Assembly: GCA_963708185.1 (NCBI GenBank)
Contig: OY970195.1
Location: 864,001-928,000 of the forward strand
DNA length: 64,000 bases
Direction of reading: 5' to 3'
DNA from: Candidatus Peregrinibacteria bacterium
GTDB lineage: Bacteria; Patescibacteriota; Gracilibacteria; UBA1369
Each line of letters starts with the position of its first letter. Position 1 is the first letter of the stretch. Under the pieces are notes generated by a model that was not told the DNA's origin, searched no databases, and was given only the letters and a program-made list of their open reading frames with translations. Below are positions 32,770 to 41,757 of the stretch, one piece after another. The translations under genes were made by a program, and so were the position numbers.

Positions 32770-33810
32770 ATGGCCTCGATCAAAGATTACGCCATCGTGA
32801 CGCTCGGAAGTCACACCGCTTTGCAGATACTCAAAGGAGCCAAGGATGAAGGTTTCAAAACCATCTGCGTGTGCGTGAAAGGAAAAGAAAAACCTTATAA
32901 AAGCTACGGCGTGGCCGACGAGTTTATTTTCGTCGATTCGTTCAAAGATTATTTCAACATCGAGGACCAGCTCATCAAACAGAACGCCATCATGATTCCG
33001 CACGGTTCTTTCGTGAGCTATCTGGGCTGGAAAAAAGTCCAGGACATCAAAGTGATGCACTACGGCACCAAAGAGATCCTGGAATGGGAGTCGGACCGCA
33101 ATAAGGAGCGGATCTGGATGGGAAAAGCCGGATTGAAACAGCCGAGAATTTTCAGTACTCCCGAAGAGATCGACCGCCCGGTCATCATTAAGTTTCACGG
33201 TGCGAAAGGCGGTTTCGGATATTTCATCGCGAACTCCACCGCTGAATTCTATGAACGCATCCAGAACTATCCCGGTGAAGAAGGCTATGTCATCCAGGAA
33301 TATATCGTGGGCGTTCCGGTGTATACGCATTATTTCTATTCCCCGGTCACCAAGGAACTTGAAATCATGGGTTTTGACAAACGGTATGAATCCAACGCGG
33401 ATTCGATCGGACGCATCGCGGCGAAAGACCAGCTGGATGCGGATATCCGCACCTCGTACACCATTACCGGCAACATGCCGCTCGTCATCCGCGAATCCAT
33501 ACTTCCCGAAGTTTTCGACATGGGGGAACGCGTCATCGAAGAGTCGCGACAACTGATCGGGTACACATCAAAAAAACCTCTTACCAAAGGTTTGTATGGG
33601 CCTTTCTGTCTTGAAGCCATCCTCGATCCTGATTTGAACTTTTATGTTTTTGAAATTTCTGCGAGAATTGTTGCCGGAACCAATCCGTACATCCACGGAT
33701 CACCCTACACCTGGTTGCGTTATAATGAGCCCATGAGTAACGGAAGACGCATCGCGCGGGACATCAAACAAGCCATCGAACAGGACCGGTTGGAGGAGAT
33801 CCTGGGATAA
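32770..33810 (+). CDS. purP: Formate-dependent FAICAR synthetase, PurP family (ATP-grasp)
   Basis: TLGSHTALQILKGAKDEGF, IPHGSF, D.RYESNAD and FEISARIVAGTN motifs. Confidence 0.9.
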   Translation: MASIKDYAIVTLGSHTALQILKGAKDEGFKTICVCVKGKEKPYKSYGVADEFIFVDSFKDYFNIEDQLIKQNAIMIPHGSFVSYLGWKKVQDIKVMHYGTKEILEWESDRNKERIWMGKAGLKQPRIFSTPEEIDRPVIIKFHGAKGGFGYFIANSTAEFYERIQNYPGEEGYVIQEYIVGVPVYTHYFYSPVTKELEIMGFDKRYESNADSIGRIAAKDQLDADIRTSYTITGNMPLVIRESILPEVFDMGERVIEESRQLIGYTSKKPLTKGLYGPFCLEAILDPDLNFYVFEISARIVAGTNPYIHGSPYTWLRYNEPMSNGRRIARDIKQAIEQDRLEEILG

Positions 33811-33825
33811 TTATTCTTCGAGCAT

Positions 33826-34995
33826 ATGATTACACAAAACGATATTGCGGACATCATCAAGGATTACGATCCGAAAAACATTACGATCGGCGTTCTCGGC
33901 GGACACAGTGGACTGGACGTCTGCCGCGGGGCGAAAAAATATGGTTTTAAAACAGTGGCGGTATGCCAGAAAGGTCGTGAACAGACCTATGCCAAATATT
34001 ATAAAACCAGACCTGACGACGGGATGCTGCGCGACCCGATGTACGGTTGGGGCAATTACAAAGGCTGTGTCGACGACGTTATTCTCGTCGACAAGTTTGG
34101 TGACGTCGTGAACACCGGGGTGCAGGAAAAACTGCGCGCCATGAACACGATCTTCATTCACAACCGCTACTTCTGGGTGTACTGCGACTTCGACAAGGTG
34201 GAAAAAGAGTTCCGGGTTCCCATTTTCGGAACACGCGAGATGCTCAAGCTTGAAGAACGTGACGTTGAACAGAATCAGTACTACCTTCTGCAGCAGGCCG
34301 GAATCCGTATTCCAAGAATCTACACGACGCCGGAAGAGATCGACCGCCTGGTGCTCGTGAAAGTCAATGAAGAGCTGCGCGGTTATGAAAGAGCATTCTT
34401 TCTCGCCGCCGACGCGGACGATTATAAGAAAAAATCCGACGAACTGCTCTCGGCAAAAATTATCAGCCAGAAAAATCTGGAAAGGGCCGTCATCGAAGAG
34501 TTTGTCGTGGGCGCTCCCGTGAATCTGAACTATTTCTATTCCCCTCTCGACGGTGAAATTGAACTCATGGGGACCGATATGCGCAGACAAACGAACCTGG
34601 ACGGATTGCTGCGATTACCCGCCACCGAGCAGATGGCGGTGCTCAAGTACATGAAGCCCCGCCTCATTGAAACGGGACACATTGCCGTCACCATGAAAGA
34701 GTCGCTGCTGGAAAAAGCCTTTGATCTTGGTGAAAAGTTTGTCGCCCTGACCAAAACCGAGATCCCTCCCGGACTCATCGGTCCTTTCGCGCTTCAGGGA
34801 GCGGTCGCTGCGGAAGAAGGCAAAGAAGAGTTCGTGATTTTTGACGTCAGCATGCGTATTCCCGGTTCACCAAGCACGCGCTTTACGCCGTATTCAGGGT
34901 ATTTGTACGGTGAAAGTATCAGTTACGGCGAACGCATCGCCATGGAGATCCGGGCCGGCCTGGAACAGAACAAGCTGGGGACGCTTCTTACTTGA
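33826..34995 (+). CDS. PurP-like ATP-grasp paralogue
   Basis: GGHSGLDVCRGAK, ERAFF, D.RRQTNLDG, GHIAVT..ESLLEK and FDVSMRIPGSP motifs. Confidence 0.85.
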   Translation: MITQNDIADIIKDYDPKNITIGVLGGHSGLDVCRGAKKYGFKTVAVCQKGREQTYAKYYKTRPDDGMLRDPMYGWGNYKGCVDDVILVDKFGDVVNTGVQEKLRAMNTIFIHNRYFWVYCDFDKVEKEFRVPIFGTREMLKLEERDVEQNQYYLLQQAGIRIPRIYTTPEEIDRLVLVKVNEELRGYERAFFLAADADDYKKKSDELLSAKIISQKNLERAVIEEFVVGAPVNLNYFYSPLDGEIELMGTDMRRQTNLDGLLRLPATEQMAVLKYMKPRLIETGHIAVTMKESLLEKAFDLGEKFVALTKTEIPPGLIGPFALQGAVAAEEGKEEFVIFDVSMRIPGSPSTRFTPYSGYLYGESISYGERIAMEIRAGLEQNKLGTLLT

Positions 34996-35112
34996 CTTAT
35001 TTTAATTTTAGTTTATTATTACGCTGTCGCTATGCGGGAGATTGTCTCATCGCTATGCGCGTTATTTTGACATCCCGCATGGATAAAACACTTTTACCCC
35101 CCAGGAGGGTTT

Positions 35113-35622
35113 ATGAGGAAGACTCTGACGGTTTTGTTCGCTCTTCTCTGCTTTTTGCTTGCTGCTTGTGCAGGCTCTCAGGTCAAGGACCAGACGGCCC
35201 AGGACCTGAAGAAGGCTCAGGACAAGATCAAGGATCTCGAGCTGTTGAACAAGTCTTTCGACGGCGCGATCAAGCGCTGCGAAGCCCGGCTTCCGAAGGA
35301 AGGCACCTGGCCCAACCTCTTTTCGATGGGGTATTACGGTGACTTTTGGATCACCGATGCCCAGATCGGAAAGATTATCGAGCTGAAGAAGGACTGGTCC
35401 GTGGGCGACGAAGAGCAGCTGTTCATCGTCCCCCGCGTCACCAAAAACGAGGTCATCAAGTTCAAGGGTGCCGGGCTCCGTATGGTCGACTCAGGGACCA
35501 TCTACGCCATCCTGGCGTACATGCCGCCCCAAGATAAGGAAGAACGTAAGAAGCAGCAGATTCTCGTCATTTCGTACAGCGATCGAAACTTCGTCATCAT
35601 CTTCAAGCCTGCTCGGTACTAG
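35113..35622 (+). CDS. Hypothetical lipoprotein
   Basis: Lipobox LLAAC; AGGAGG SD upstream. Confidence 0.8.
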   Translation: MRKTLTVLFALLCFLLAACAGSQVKDQTAQDLKKAQDKIKDLELLNKSFDGAIKRCEARLPKEGTWPNLFSMGYYGDFWITDAQIGKIIELKKDWSVGDEEQLFIVPRVTKNEVIKFKGAGLRMVDSGTIYAILAYMPPQDKEERKKQQILVISYSDRNFVIIFKPARY

Positions 35623-35627
35623 GCCCG

Positions 35628-35658
35628 GGCGGCCCTTGCTGAAAACGCAAGGGCCGCC
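35628..35658 (+). terminator. GC-rich stem-loop after the lipoprotein gene
   Basis: GGCGGCCCTTGC-7 nt-GCAAGGGCCGCC; no clear U-tract. Confidence 0.5.
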
Positions 35659-35792
35659 GGACGAGCTCTCCTTTCCATTTTCCATGCGGGATATTCCTTT
35701 TTCCACCATTTTTTATATCCGGAATACCTCCAAACTTTCTGGCTTTTAGCTGCGCCCTTTGCTAGAATGAAGCCCGTTTTAGGCAATTTTTC

Positions 35793-37160
35793 ATGAAAGT
35801 CATTGTCCTTGCTGCGGGCCGCAGCAAACGTCTTAAGCCAATCGAAGATAAAAATTTTCTGGAGTTTGCCGGGAAACCGCTCATCCAGCTCCAGCTGGAG
35901 CAGATGGCTGCGTCCGGACTCAAGGATTTTATCGTCGTGGGCGGTGCGCACAACCTGGCGAAGCTCCGCGCCCTTTCCAAAAAAATGAAACCTTCATTCA
36001 AGGTCGTCGAACAGAAAAACCTTGATGAAGGCATGGCCGGAGCGATCTTGAGCGTTGAACGTTCCGTCAAAAAAGACGCCATGCTCGTCGTGAGCGCCAA
36101 CGACGTCGTTGATCCCGAGGCTTATAGCAATATTCTTCATGCCGGGAAACATCGTGACTTCGACGTTTTTCTGACGGGGAAAAAAGTCCGCGAATATTTT
36201 CCGGGCGGCTATTTGAAAGTGCGTTCGAACGGCCAGATCACCGGTATCGTCGAGAAGCCGGGAAAGGGCAACGAACCCAGCAAAATGATCAATCTCGTCA
36301 TCCATTACCATCGGGATGCAAGCATGTTCGTCAAGGCTTTGAAAGCGGTCAAAACCAAACGCGACGACAGTTACGAAGTGGCTTTGGATGAACTCATCAA
36401 GGCCGGTATTAAAATGAAAGTCGTTCCGTATGAAGGTTTCTGGCAGGCCGTAAAATATCCGTGGCACGTGCTGGATCTGATGGACTATTTTCTGGAGAAA
36501 TTACCGGCGCTTACGGCGGGCCGCAAACTTGCAAAAAGCAGGCATGGAAGCGCTGAATCGCTGCTGCTTGGCAATGACGTGGCAGTGGCAAAAACGGCAA
36601 CCGTCCGCGGCAACGTTTTTCTGGATGACGGCGTAAAAGTCCTCGACAACGCGGTGATCGTGGGGCCGGCGTATATCGGCAAAAACACTGTGGTAGCAAC
36701 CAACGCGCTGGTTCGCGGAAGCAATGTGGGGGCGAATTGCGTGGTGGGTTTCGGAACGGAGGTCGCGAGAAGTTTTTGGGGAAACGACGTGTGGACGCAC
36801 ACGAATTATGTGGGTGACAGCGTGCTGGGAAACGACGTTTCTTTCGGCTCAGGAACGGTCACCGGGAACTTGAGACTCGACGAGCGTAACATTGCCGTCA
36901 CTATTCAAGATGACAAGATCGACTCAGGGAGAAACAAGTTTGGTTTATTGACCGGTGACCATGTTCGTTGCGGAATTAATACGAGTTTTATGCCAGGCAT
37001 TAAAGTCGGGAATAACTCCTTCGTGGGTGCAGGGATCACGGTGGCGCAGGATATTCCGGATGACACGTTTGTTTATGCGAAAACGGAATTGATGATGAAG
37101 CCGAACAAGGCTAAGCTGGATGTGAAACAGCGCGAAAAAATGAAGAAAAAGCTCAGATAA
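35793..37160 (+). CDS. Bifunctional sugar-1-phosphate nucleotidyltransferase/acetyltransferase (GlmU-like, archaeal-type architecture)
   Basis: LAAGRSKRL, IVEKP, YPWHVLD, C-terminal hexapeptide repeats, YVGDSVLG and GNLRLD. Confidence 0.85.
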   Translation: MKVIVLAAGRSKRLKPIEDKNFLEFAGKPLIQLQLEQMAASGLKDFIVVGGAHNLAKLRALSKKMKPSFKVVEQKNLDEGMAGAILSVERSVKKDAMLVVSANDVVDPEAYSNILHAGKHRDFDVFLTGKKVREYFPGGYLKVRSNGQITGIVEKPGKGNEPSKMINLVIHYHRDASMFVKALKAVKTKRDDSYEVALDELIKAGIKMKVVPYEGFWQAVKYPWHVLDLMDYFLEKLPALTAGRKLAKSRHGSAESLLLGNDVAVAKTATVRGNVFLDDGVKVLDNAVIVGPAYIGKNTVVATNALVRGSNVGANCVVGFGTEVARSFWGNDVWTHTNYVGDSVLGNDVSFGSGTVTGNLRLDERNIAVTIQDDKIDSGRNKFGLLTGDHVRCGINTSFMPGIKVGNNSFVGAGITVAQDIPDDTFVYAKTELMMKPNKAKLDVKQREKMKKKLR

Positions 37161-37202
37161 CTTTCTTTTAGGCTTTTACGCCTTTACGTTTTACCGCGAC
37201 GC

Positions 37203-37997
37203 ATGAAACTTTCCGTCATTATCGTCAATTACAATCACAAGTATTTCCCCCGACTTGCCGTTGAAGCACTGGAAAAGAGCGAGGTGGACTTTCCCTATGA
37301 AATCGTTGTGGTGGATAACGGTTCTCATGATGAGGAGAGTTTGGGGTTTCTTGAAAAAGCGCATGCCGAAAAGCGTATCACTCTTATTAAATCTCCACAG
37401 AACATCGGTTTTGGACGTGGCAATAATCTTGGCGTGGCCAATTCCAGCGGGAAGTACGTTTTTTTCCATAATCCCGACGTGACGGTGCATGAGGACAGCC
37501 TTCAAAAAATGGTGGATTATCTGGAACACCATCACGACATCGGCATCCTGGGTCCGAAACTGATGTATTCGAGCGGGAAGATCCAGGAGTCGTGCCGGCG
37601 CAACATGACCTGGGGAGATCTGATCTTCAAACGGACGTTTTTGGGGAAACTTCCCTTTTTAAAGAAGCGCGTCCAGAAGTATCTGATGGCGGATTTTGAC
37701 CACAGCAAGATCCAGGACGTTGATCTTATCACCGGGGCAGCCATCATGATGCCACGCGCGGTCTATGACAAAGTGAAGGGGTTCGACCCGAGATATTTTC
37801 TGTTCATGGAGGATTTCGACCTGTGCCGCATGGTGAAAAAAGCGGGTTACCGTGTGGTTTATTATCCCGAGTCCGTCATGATGCATTACCACAAACGTTT
37901 AAGCGAAGGCTCCTTTTTTAAACTGCTCACCCGTAAGGTTTTCTGGCACCACGTGGCGAGTGCGCTCAAATATTTCTGGAAGTGGAAGGGCGGTTGA
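37203..37997 (+). CDS. Glycosyltransferase family 2 (rhamnosyltransferase-like)
   Basis: SVIIVNYN, VVDNGS, GFGRGNN, NPD and FLFMEDFDLC motifs. Confidence 0.92.
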   Translation: MKLSVIIVNYNHKYFPRLAVEALEKSEVDFPYEIVVVDNGSHDEESLGFLEKAHAEKRITLIKSPQNIGFGRGNNLGVANSSGKYVFFHNPDVTVHEDSLQKMVDYLEHHHDIGILGPKLMYSSGKIQESCRRNMTWGDLIFKRTFLGKLPFLKKRVQKYLMADFDHSKIQDVDLITGAAIMMPRAVYDKVKGFDPRYFLFMEDFDLCRMVKKAGYRVVYYPESVMMHYHKRLSEGSFFKLLTRKVFWHHVASALKYFWKWKGG

Positions 37998-38224
37998 CGG
38001 GTTGACTTTGGCGGTACGATATGGGAAATTTTTACACCCCTGAAGGAGAAGATTTTTTTCTTGTGTTCTTTGACAACGAAACAGAGAGTCACTTGCTTAT
38101 CATGTAAAATGCTTTCACTCATCAGGAAAGGAGCAGCGCGAAGTATTTTCGGTAGGCAGGTTATCTCTCTGCTTTGCATATTTTCGCTTACAGGCTCAAG
38201 GACCGGAACAGAAAGGGCAGGCAC

Positions 38225-38605
38225 ATGGCAACCAGGAAAGATTTGTGGGACAAGCTCGGGAAGCTCATAGAAGAAAAGGCCGACCTCATCCACCGGCTCA
38301 TGGAGCTGGCAGGTGAGGAGTCCGAGCTTTTGCAGAAGCTCAACGAGACCGATGGGAACCTCGACAGTGAGGTCCCCGAAGGAGAGAAGCCGGAAGCTAC
38401 TGCTGAAGCTGAAGCCGCTCCCGCGGCCGAGGCGGACGCAGCAACTGACGACGGTGGCGACAACGACAAGCCGACAGCTGAAGCTTCTCCCGAAGCACCC
38501 GCTGCGGAGGAAACTCCTGCTGCGGATGCCGAAGAAGAGGCTTCCGGCGACGGCGACAAAGAAGAGTCCTCCGACGAGAAGAAGGAAGACGAGCAGGCCG
38601 ACTGA
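38225..38605 (+). CDS. Small protein: N-terminal coiled coil plus very acidic disordered tail
   Basis: MATRKDLWDKLGKLIEEK...; E/D/A-rich tail; followed by a stem-loop. Confidence 0.7.
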   Translation: MATRKDLWDKLGKLIEEKADLIHRLMELAGEESELLQKLNETDGNLDSEVPEGEKPEATAEAEAAPAAEADAATDDGGDNDKPTAEASPEAPAAEETPAADAEEEASGDGDKEESSDEKKEDEQAD

Positions 38606-38637
38606 AGAAGCCAGGCGGCGCGGCAAGGCAGAGGCTG

Positions 38638-38664
38638 GGCGGGTACACGAATAGTGTACCCGCC
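38638..38664. terminator. Stem-loop between convergent genes
   Basis: GGCGGGTACAC-GAATA-GTGTACCCGCC. Confidence 0.55.
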
Positions 38665-38681
38665 ACCTCTTTTATCGTGCA

Positions 38682-39269
38682 TTATTTTATTTTCCCTTCC
38701 GCAAACCAGCGGATGACTTCGGGATACCATTTTTTCTCGAGAGCCTGGACTTTTATTTTTAAGGTTTCCGGGGTGTCTTCAGGTTCGACTGCTACTTTTT
38801 TTTGCAAAATGATTTCTCCGGTATCCACGCCTTCGTCGACAAAATGGAACGTGCAGCCCGTTTCCTTTTCTCCGGTTTTCAAGACTTCTTCGTGGACGTT
38901 TGTGCCGTAAAACCCCTTCCCGCTGAATTTCGGCATTAACGCCGGATGAACGTTGATGATTCTTCGCGGAAATCTGTTGACGAATTCAGGTGTAAGCACT
39001 CGCATGTATCCGACCAGTACCACCAAATCGACCCCGTATTCTTTGAGAACGTCAGCCAGATCGACGTCGTACTCTTTGGGCGTTTCATCTTTGGGATCGA
39101 CAAAAACCGCAGGATATCCCTGATTGCGAGCGCGTTCCAGGGCGAAGGCGTTTTTTTTATTGCTGGCGACGACCGCCAGCTCAATGCCGGTCATTTTCCC
39201 GGTCTTCATCTCATCGATGATGGCCTGGAGGTCCGTTCCTTTGGTTGATGCGAGTACGCCTATTCTCAA
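38682..39269 (-). CDS. purN: Phosphoribosylglycinamide formyltransferase
   Basis: GTDLQAII, INVHPALMP and GCTFHFVDEGVDTG motifs. Confidence 0.96.
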   Translation of the reverse strand: MRIGVLASTKGTDLQAIIDEMKTGKMTGIELAVVASNKKNAFALERARNQGYPAVFVDPKDETPKEYDVDLADVLKEYGVDLVVLVGYMRVLTPEFVNRFPRRIINVHPALMPKFSGKGFYGTNVHEEVLKTGEKETGCTFHFVDEGVDTGEIILQKKVAVEPEDTPETLKIKVQALEKKWYPEVIRWFAEGKIK

Positions 39270-39385
39270 GATTGAGCGTGATAATATGTTCCAAGTTTAC
39301 CACAACTTTTTCGAATCTACAGCTTTCCGGAGTGGCTTTGGAAGCCCTTTTTTGCTATAATACACAGATAACTTTAATTTACTTC

Positions 39386-40381
39386 ATGTTCTGGACATTC
39401 TTTTTCTTCATTCTGGGTCTTGCGGTTCTCCTCAAAGGGTCGGAGTTCCTTATTGACGGAAGCGCGGGCCTCGCGAAAAGATTTCGGATCTCTCCTTTTA
39501 TTGTGGGGATCACCATTGTTGCGCTCGGAACGAGTCTGCCGGAACTTTTTGTGAGTATCCTTGCGGCTCTCAAACAGGAGAGCGGTCTTGTCATCGGAAA
39601 TATCGTGGGAAGCAACATTGCCAATATTGCTCTTATTCCAGGGATCTCCGCAATGATACGTCCTTTGCGTTTTGATAATCCAAAAATTGTACGCTACGAG
39701 ATTCCTTACGTTATTCTGGCAGGATTAGTGCTGTTTTTGCTTGGTTTCGATGAGGTGTTCCAAAACCACGGACTGCCCGTCATCAACAGCCTCACACTGG
39801 GAGATGGGCTTATTATGTTGCTCTTTTTTACCATCTTTATTTTTTATATCTTCGGAAATCTTAAAATCGGCAAAGCGCTTGAATCACAGGCCGAACGGAA
39901 AGAGAAAATAACCGGGAAGGAACCTCTTTCCAAACTGATTTTCTTACTTATCGGCGGTCTTTTGGCAGCTGTCGGAGGAGGAAAACTCGTTGTCGATAAT
40001 GCCGTGAGCATTGCCCAGTTCCTCGGAGTCAGTGAAACGACGATCGGTCTGACCATCGTGGCTATGGGCACTTCCCTGCCTGATATTTCCGCTTCGGTTA
40101 TCGCGGTCGCCAAAAAACGAGAGGATATCGGCATTGGCAATCTCATCGGCAGCAACGTCATCAATGTTTTCCTGGTTCTCGGCCTAACCACATTCATTAC
40201 CCAGCTTACACTCGGGACATTTGAACTGTTCGACGTATTTTTTATGATCGGCCTGAGTATTTTACTCTTCCTGTTTGCCTATTTCCGTAAACAGCTCACC
40301 AAGATCTCAGGCGTCACCTTCCTTATCTTGTATGTCGTGTACATTATTTTCGTCCTTTACCGTGACGTCGCGTTGAAATAG
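39386..40381 (+). CDS. Calcium/sodium antiporter (CaCA, YrbG-like)
   Basis: Two alpha-repeats: GTSLPE/GSNIAN and GTSLPD/GSNVIN. Confidence 0.93.
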   Translation: MFWTFFFFILGLAVLLKGSEFLIDGSAGLAKRFRISPFIVGITIVALGTSLPELFVSILAALKQESGLVIGNIVGSNIANIALIPGISAMIRPLRFDNPKIVRYEIPYVILAGLVLFLLGFDEVFQNHGLPVINSLTLGDGLIMLLFFTIFIFYIFGNLKIGKALESQAERKEKITGKEPLSKLIFLLIGGLLAAVGGGKLVVDNAVSIAQFLGVSETTIGLTIVAMGTSLPDISASVIAVAKKREDIGIGNLIGSNVINVFLVLGLTTFITQLTLGTFELFDVFFMIGLSILLFLFAYFRKQLTKISGVTFLILYVVYIIFVLYRDVALK

Positions 40382-41117
40382 GACGCCGTTTCATAACAGC
40401 AGGATAGAGCGGTTCGTAAAGGCACTGTTCAACCGGCATAACCGGTTCGAGAGGGCTTGTTTTGCCATTGGAGAAGATGACCGGAGCGTTGGTGATCAGC
40501 ACAAAAGGGGTCTGCTCGTCAGACTGCCCCATGAGATAGTTGGCAAGCCCGGCGAGGCTGTCGGCGACAGCTTCCTGGGTGAAATTCAACTTGTTTCCGT
40601 AAAGGTCGTGCGATCCTCTTTTATCTTCGACTCCTTTGAATCCCGAATAACCCAATGCTATTCCTGACACGCCTTTTCGTAGTGGCACACAAAATGAATC
40701 GACGATGACCACTCCGAGTTGCTTGAGTTTCAGATGTTTTTTCAGGTGATTTCTTATTGCCGCCGCGGCCTTGAACGGTTCTTTGGGCCAAAGGATGGCG
40801 CGGCCGCTTTGAATGTTGGACTGGTCGATGCCGGCCCAGGGCGTAAAAATATGATTTTTGAGTGTTAACTGGACCTTGTTGCTGCCGAAAATCTTGTCCG
40901 CTTCGCTCTTTACGGCTTTTTCCAGATCTTTGTGAAAGTTGAGTTTGATGATTCTTCCTTGGGTAATGGCCAGAACCTTGGAACTTACCGCCAGTACGGT
41001 TTTTTCTTTGATCTTTTTCCGTTTCAGCACGCTGGCAAGGAGCCGAATCAGATCCGTTTTTTCCGTAATAATTTCCGATTTCACCGCTTCTGCTTCAAGT
41101 TTTTTCGTTTTTTGCAT
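40344..41117 (-). CDS. CofE-like (F420-0:gamma-glutamyl ligase family) protein
   Basis: VSSKVLAITQG, AGIDQSN, D(S)...PLRKGVSGIALG and DLYG..L..T.EAVADSLA motifs. Confidence 0.85.
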   Translation of the reverse strand: MQKTKKLEAEAVKSEIITEKTDLIRLLASVLKRKKIKEKTVLAVSSKVLAITQGRIIKLNFHKDLEKAVKSEADKIFGSNKVQLTLKNHIFTPWAGIDQSNIQSGRAILWPKEPFKAAAAIRNHLKKHLKLKQLGVVIVDSFCVPLRKGVSGIALGYSGFKGVEDKRGSHDLYGNKLNFTQEAVADSLAGLANYLMGQSDEQTPFVLITNAPVIFSNGKTSPLEPVMPVEQCLYEPLYPAVMKRRPISTRRHGKGRK

Positions 41118-41172
41118 TTTTGGCAGTAATATTGTTTTATAATAATTATATTAATGTGTCCATTACAGTTTG

Positions 41173-41201
41173 TTGACCACGACATTGCACTTTGCTATCA
41201 T
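41173..41201 (+). promoter_or_regulatory. Sigma70-type promoter facing a non-coding region
   Basis: TTGACC-17 bp-TATCAT with an extended -10 TG. Confidence 0.6.
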
Positions 41202-41241
41202 GATCTGAACATTCAAGATTTGATAGTAACGATGAGATTAT

Positions 41242-41607
41242 GTCACCCCCGAATCGATTTTCGGAAGGGGTGACCAACTGACCACAAGGACCTTTGACAG
41301 CCAGACTATATCAGAACCGAGAGGGTTGAGCGACCATCACTTCCGCTTTAGCGGGACAAGGTCCCTCCACCTTCTCTGCTCTGTGATGGCCCCCACTGAC
41401 CAACCGGGCCGACCCTCCAGCTGCCTGGTGACTCCTGTTAACCTTCGGGTTCTTGCAGTCACGCCAACAGGCGATCTTTGGCAAGATTGAAAACTTACGC
41501 CAAAACACAGCAGGATTAAACGGACTTTCTGGTCAATTGTCTACAAACACAAACAAATTCCACAAACAAAAACTCTCGAGCCGTAACTTTATTTTCTTTA
41601 TTTTACG
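41242..41607 (+). ncRNA. Unassigned structured RNA candidate
   Basis: Nested helices including a long closing stem 41275-41297/41516-41539 and a C(UUCG)G tetraloop at 41443-41448; no credible ORF; flanked by a promoter and a terminator. Confidence 0.55.
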
Positions 41608-41628
41608 GCCGCTAGATCAGGAATTTTC

Positions 41629-41655
41629 CCCCCGTACCACGTACGGGGTTTTTTT
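41629..41655 (+). terminator. Intrinsic terminator
   Basis: CCCCGTAC-CAC-GTACGGGG followed by TTTTTTT. Confidence 0.85.
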
Positions 41656-41680
41656 ATGCCCGGATGGCTGTACCAAAAAA

Positions 41681-41757
41681 AGAGCTCCCTTTCGGGATGG
41701 ATCCCGAGCAGGCTTAGCACCTCGCTCATCGGGGTTCAATCCCCCGCGGCTCCACCA
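41681..41757 (+). other. tRNA-like element / tmRNA- or tRNA-Ala-like 3' end
   Basis: Perfect T-arm CGGGG-TTCAATC-CCCCG followed by CGGCTCC-A-CCA; the 5' part is non-canonical. Confidence 0.55.

Noticed and set aside
41295-41312. GATATAGTC on the minus strand resembling the group I intron S element
   Set aside because: No convincing P/Q/R elements or interrupted host gene; promoter, terminator and UUCG loop favour the plus strand.
41390-41470. ZTP-riboswitch-like words (CGTGACTG...CCCGGTTGGTCA) on the minus strand upstream of cofE
   Set aside because: Lacks the GACUGGCG/CGCC pseudoknot pairing and the terminal GGGCA; too far from consensus.
41242-41757. Complete or two-piece tmRNA
   Set aside because: No GGGGCCG-type 5' end matching the acceptor strand, no Ala-ending tag frame, and a terminator lies between the parts.
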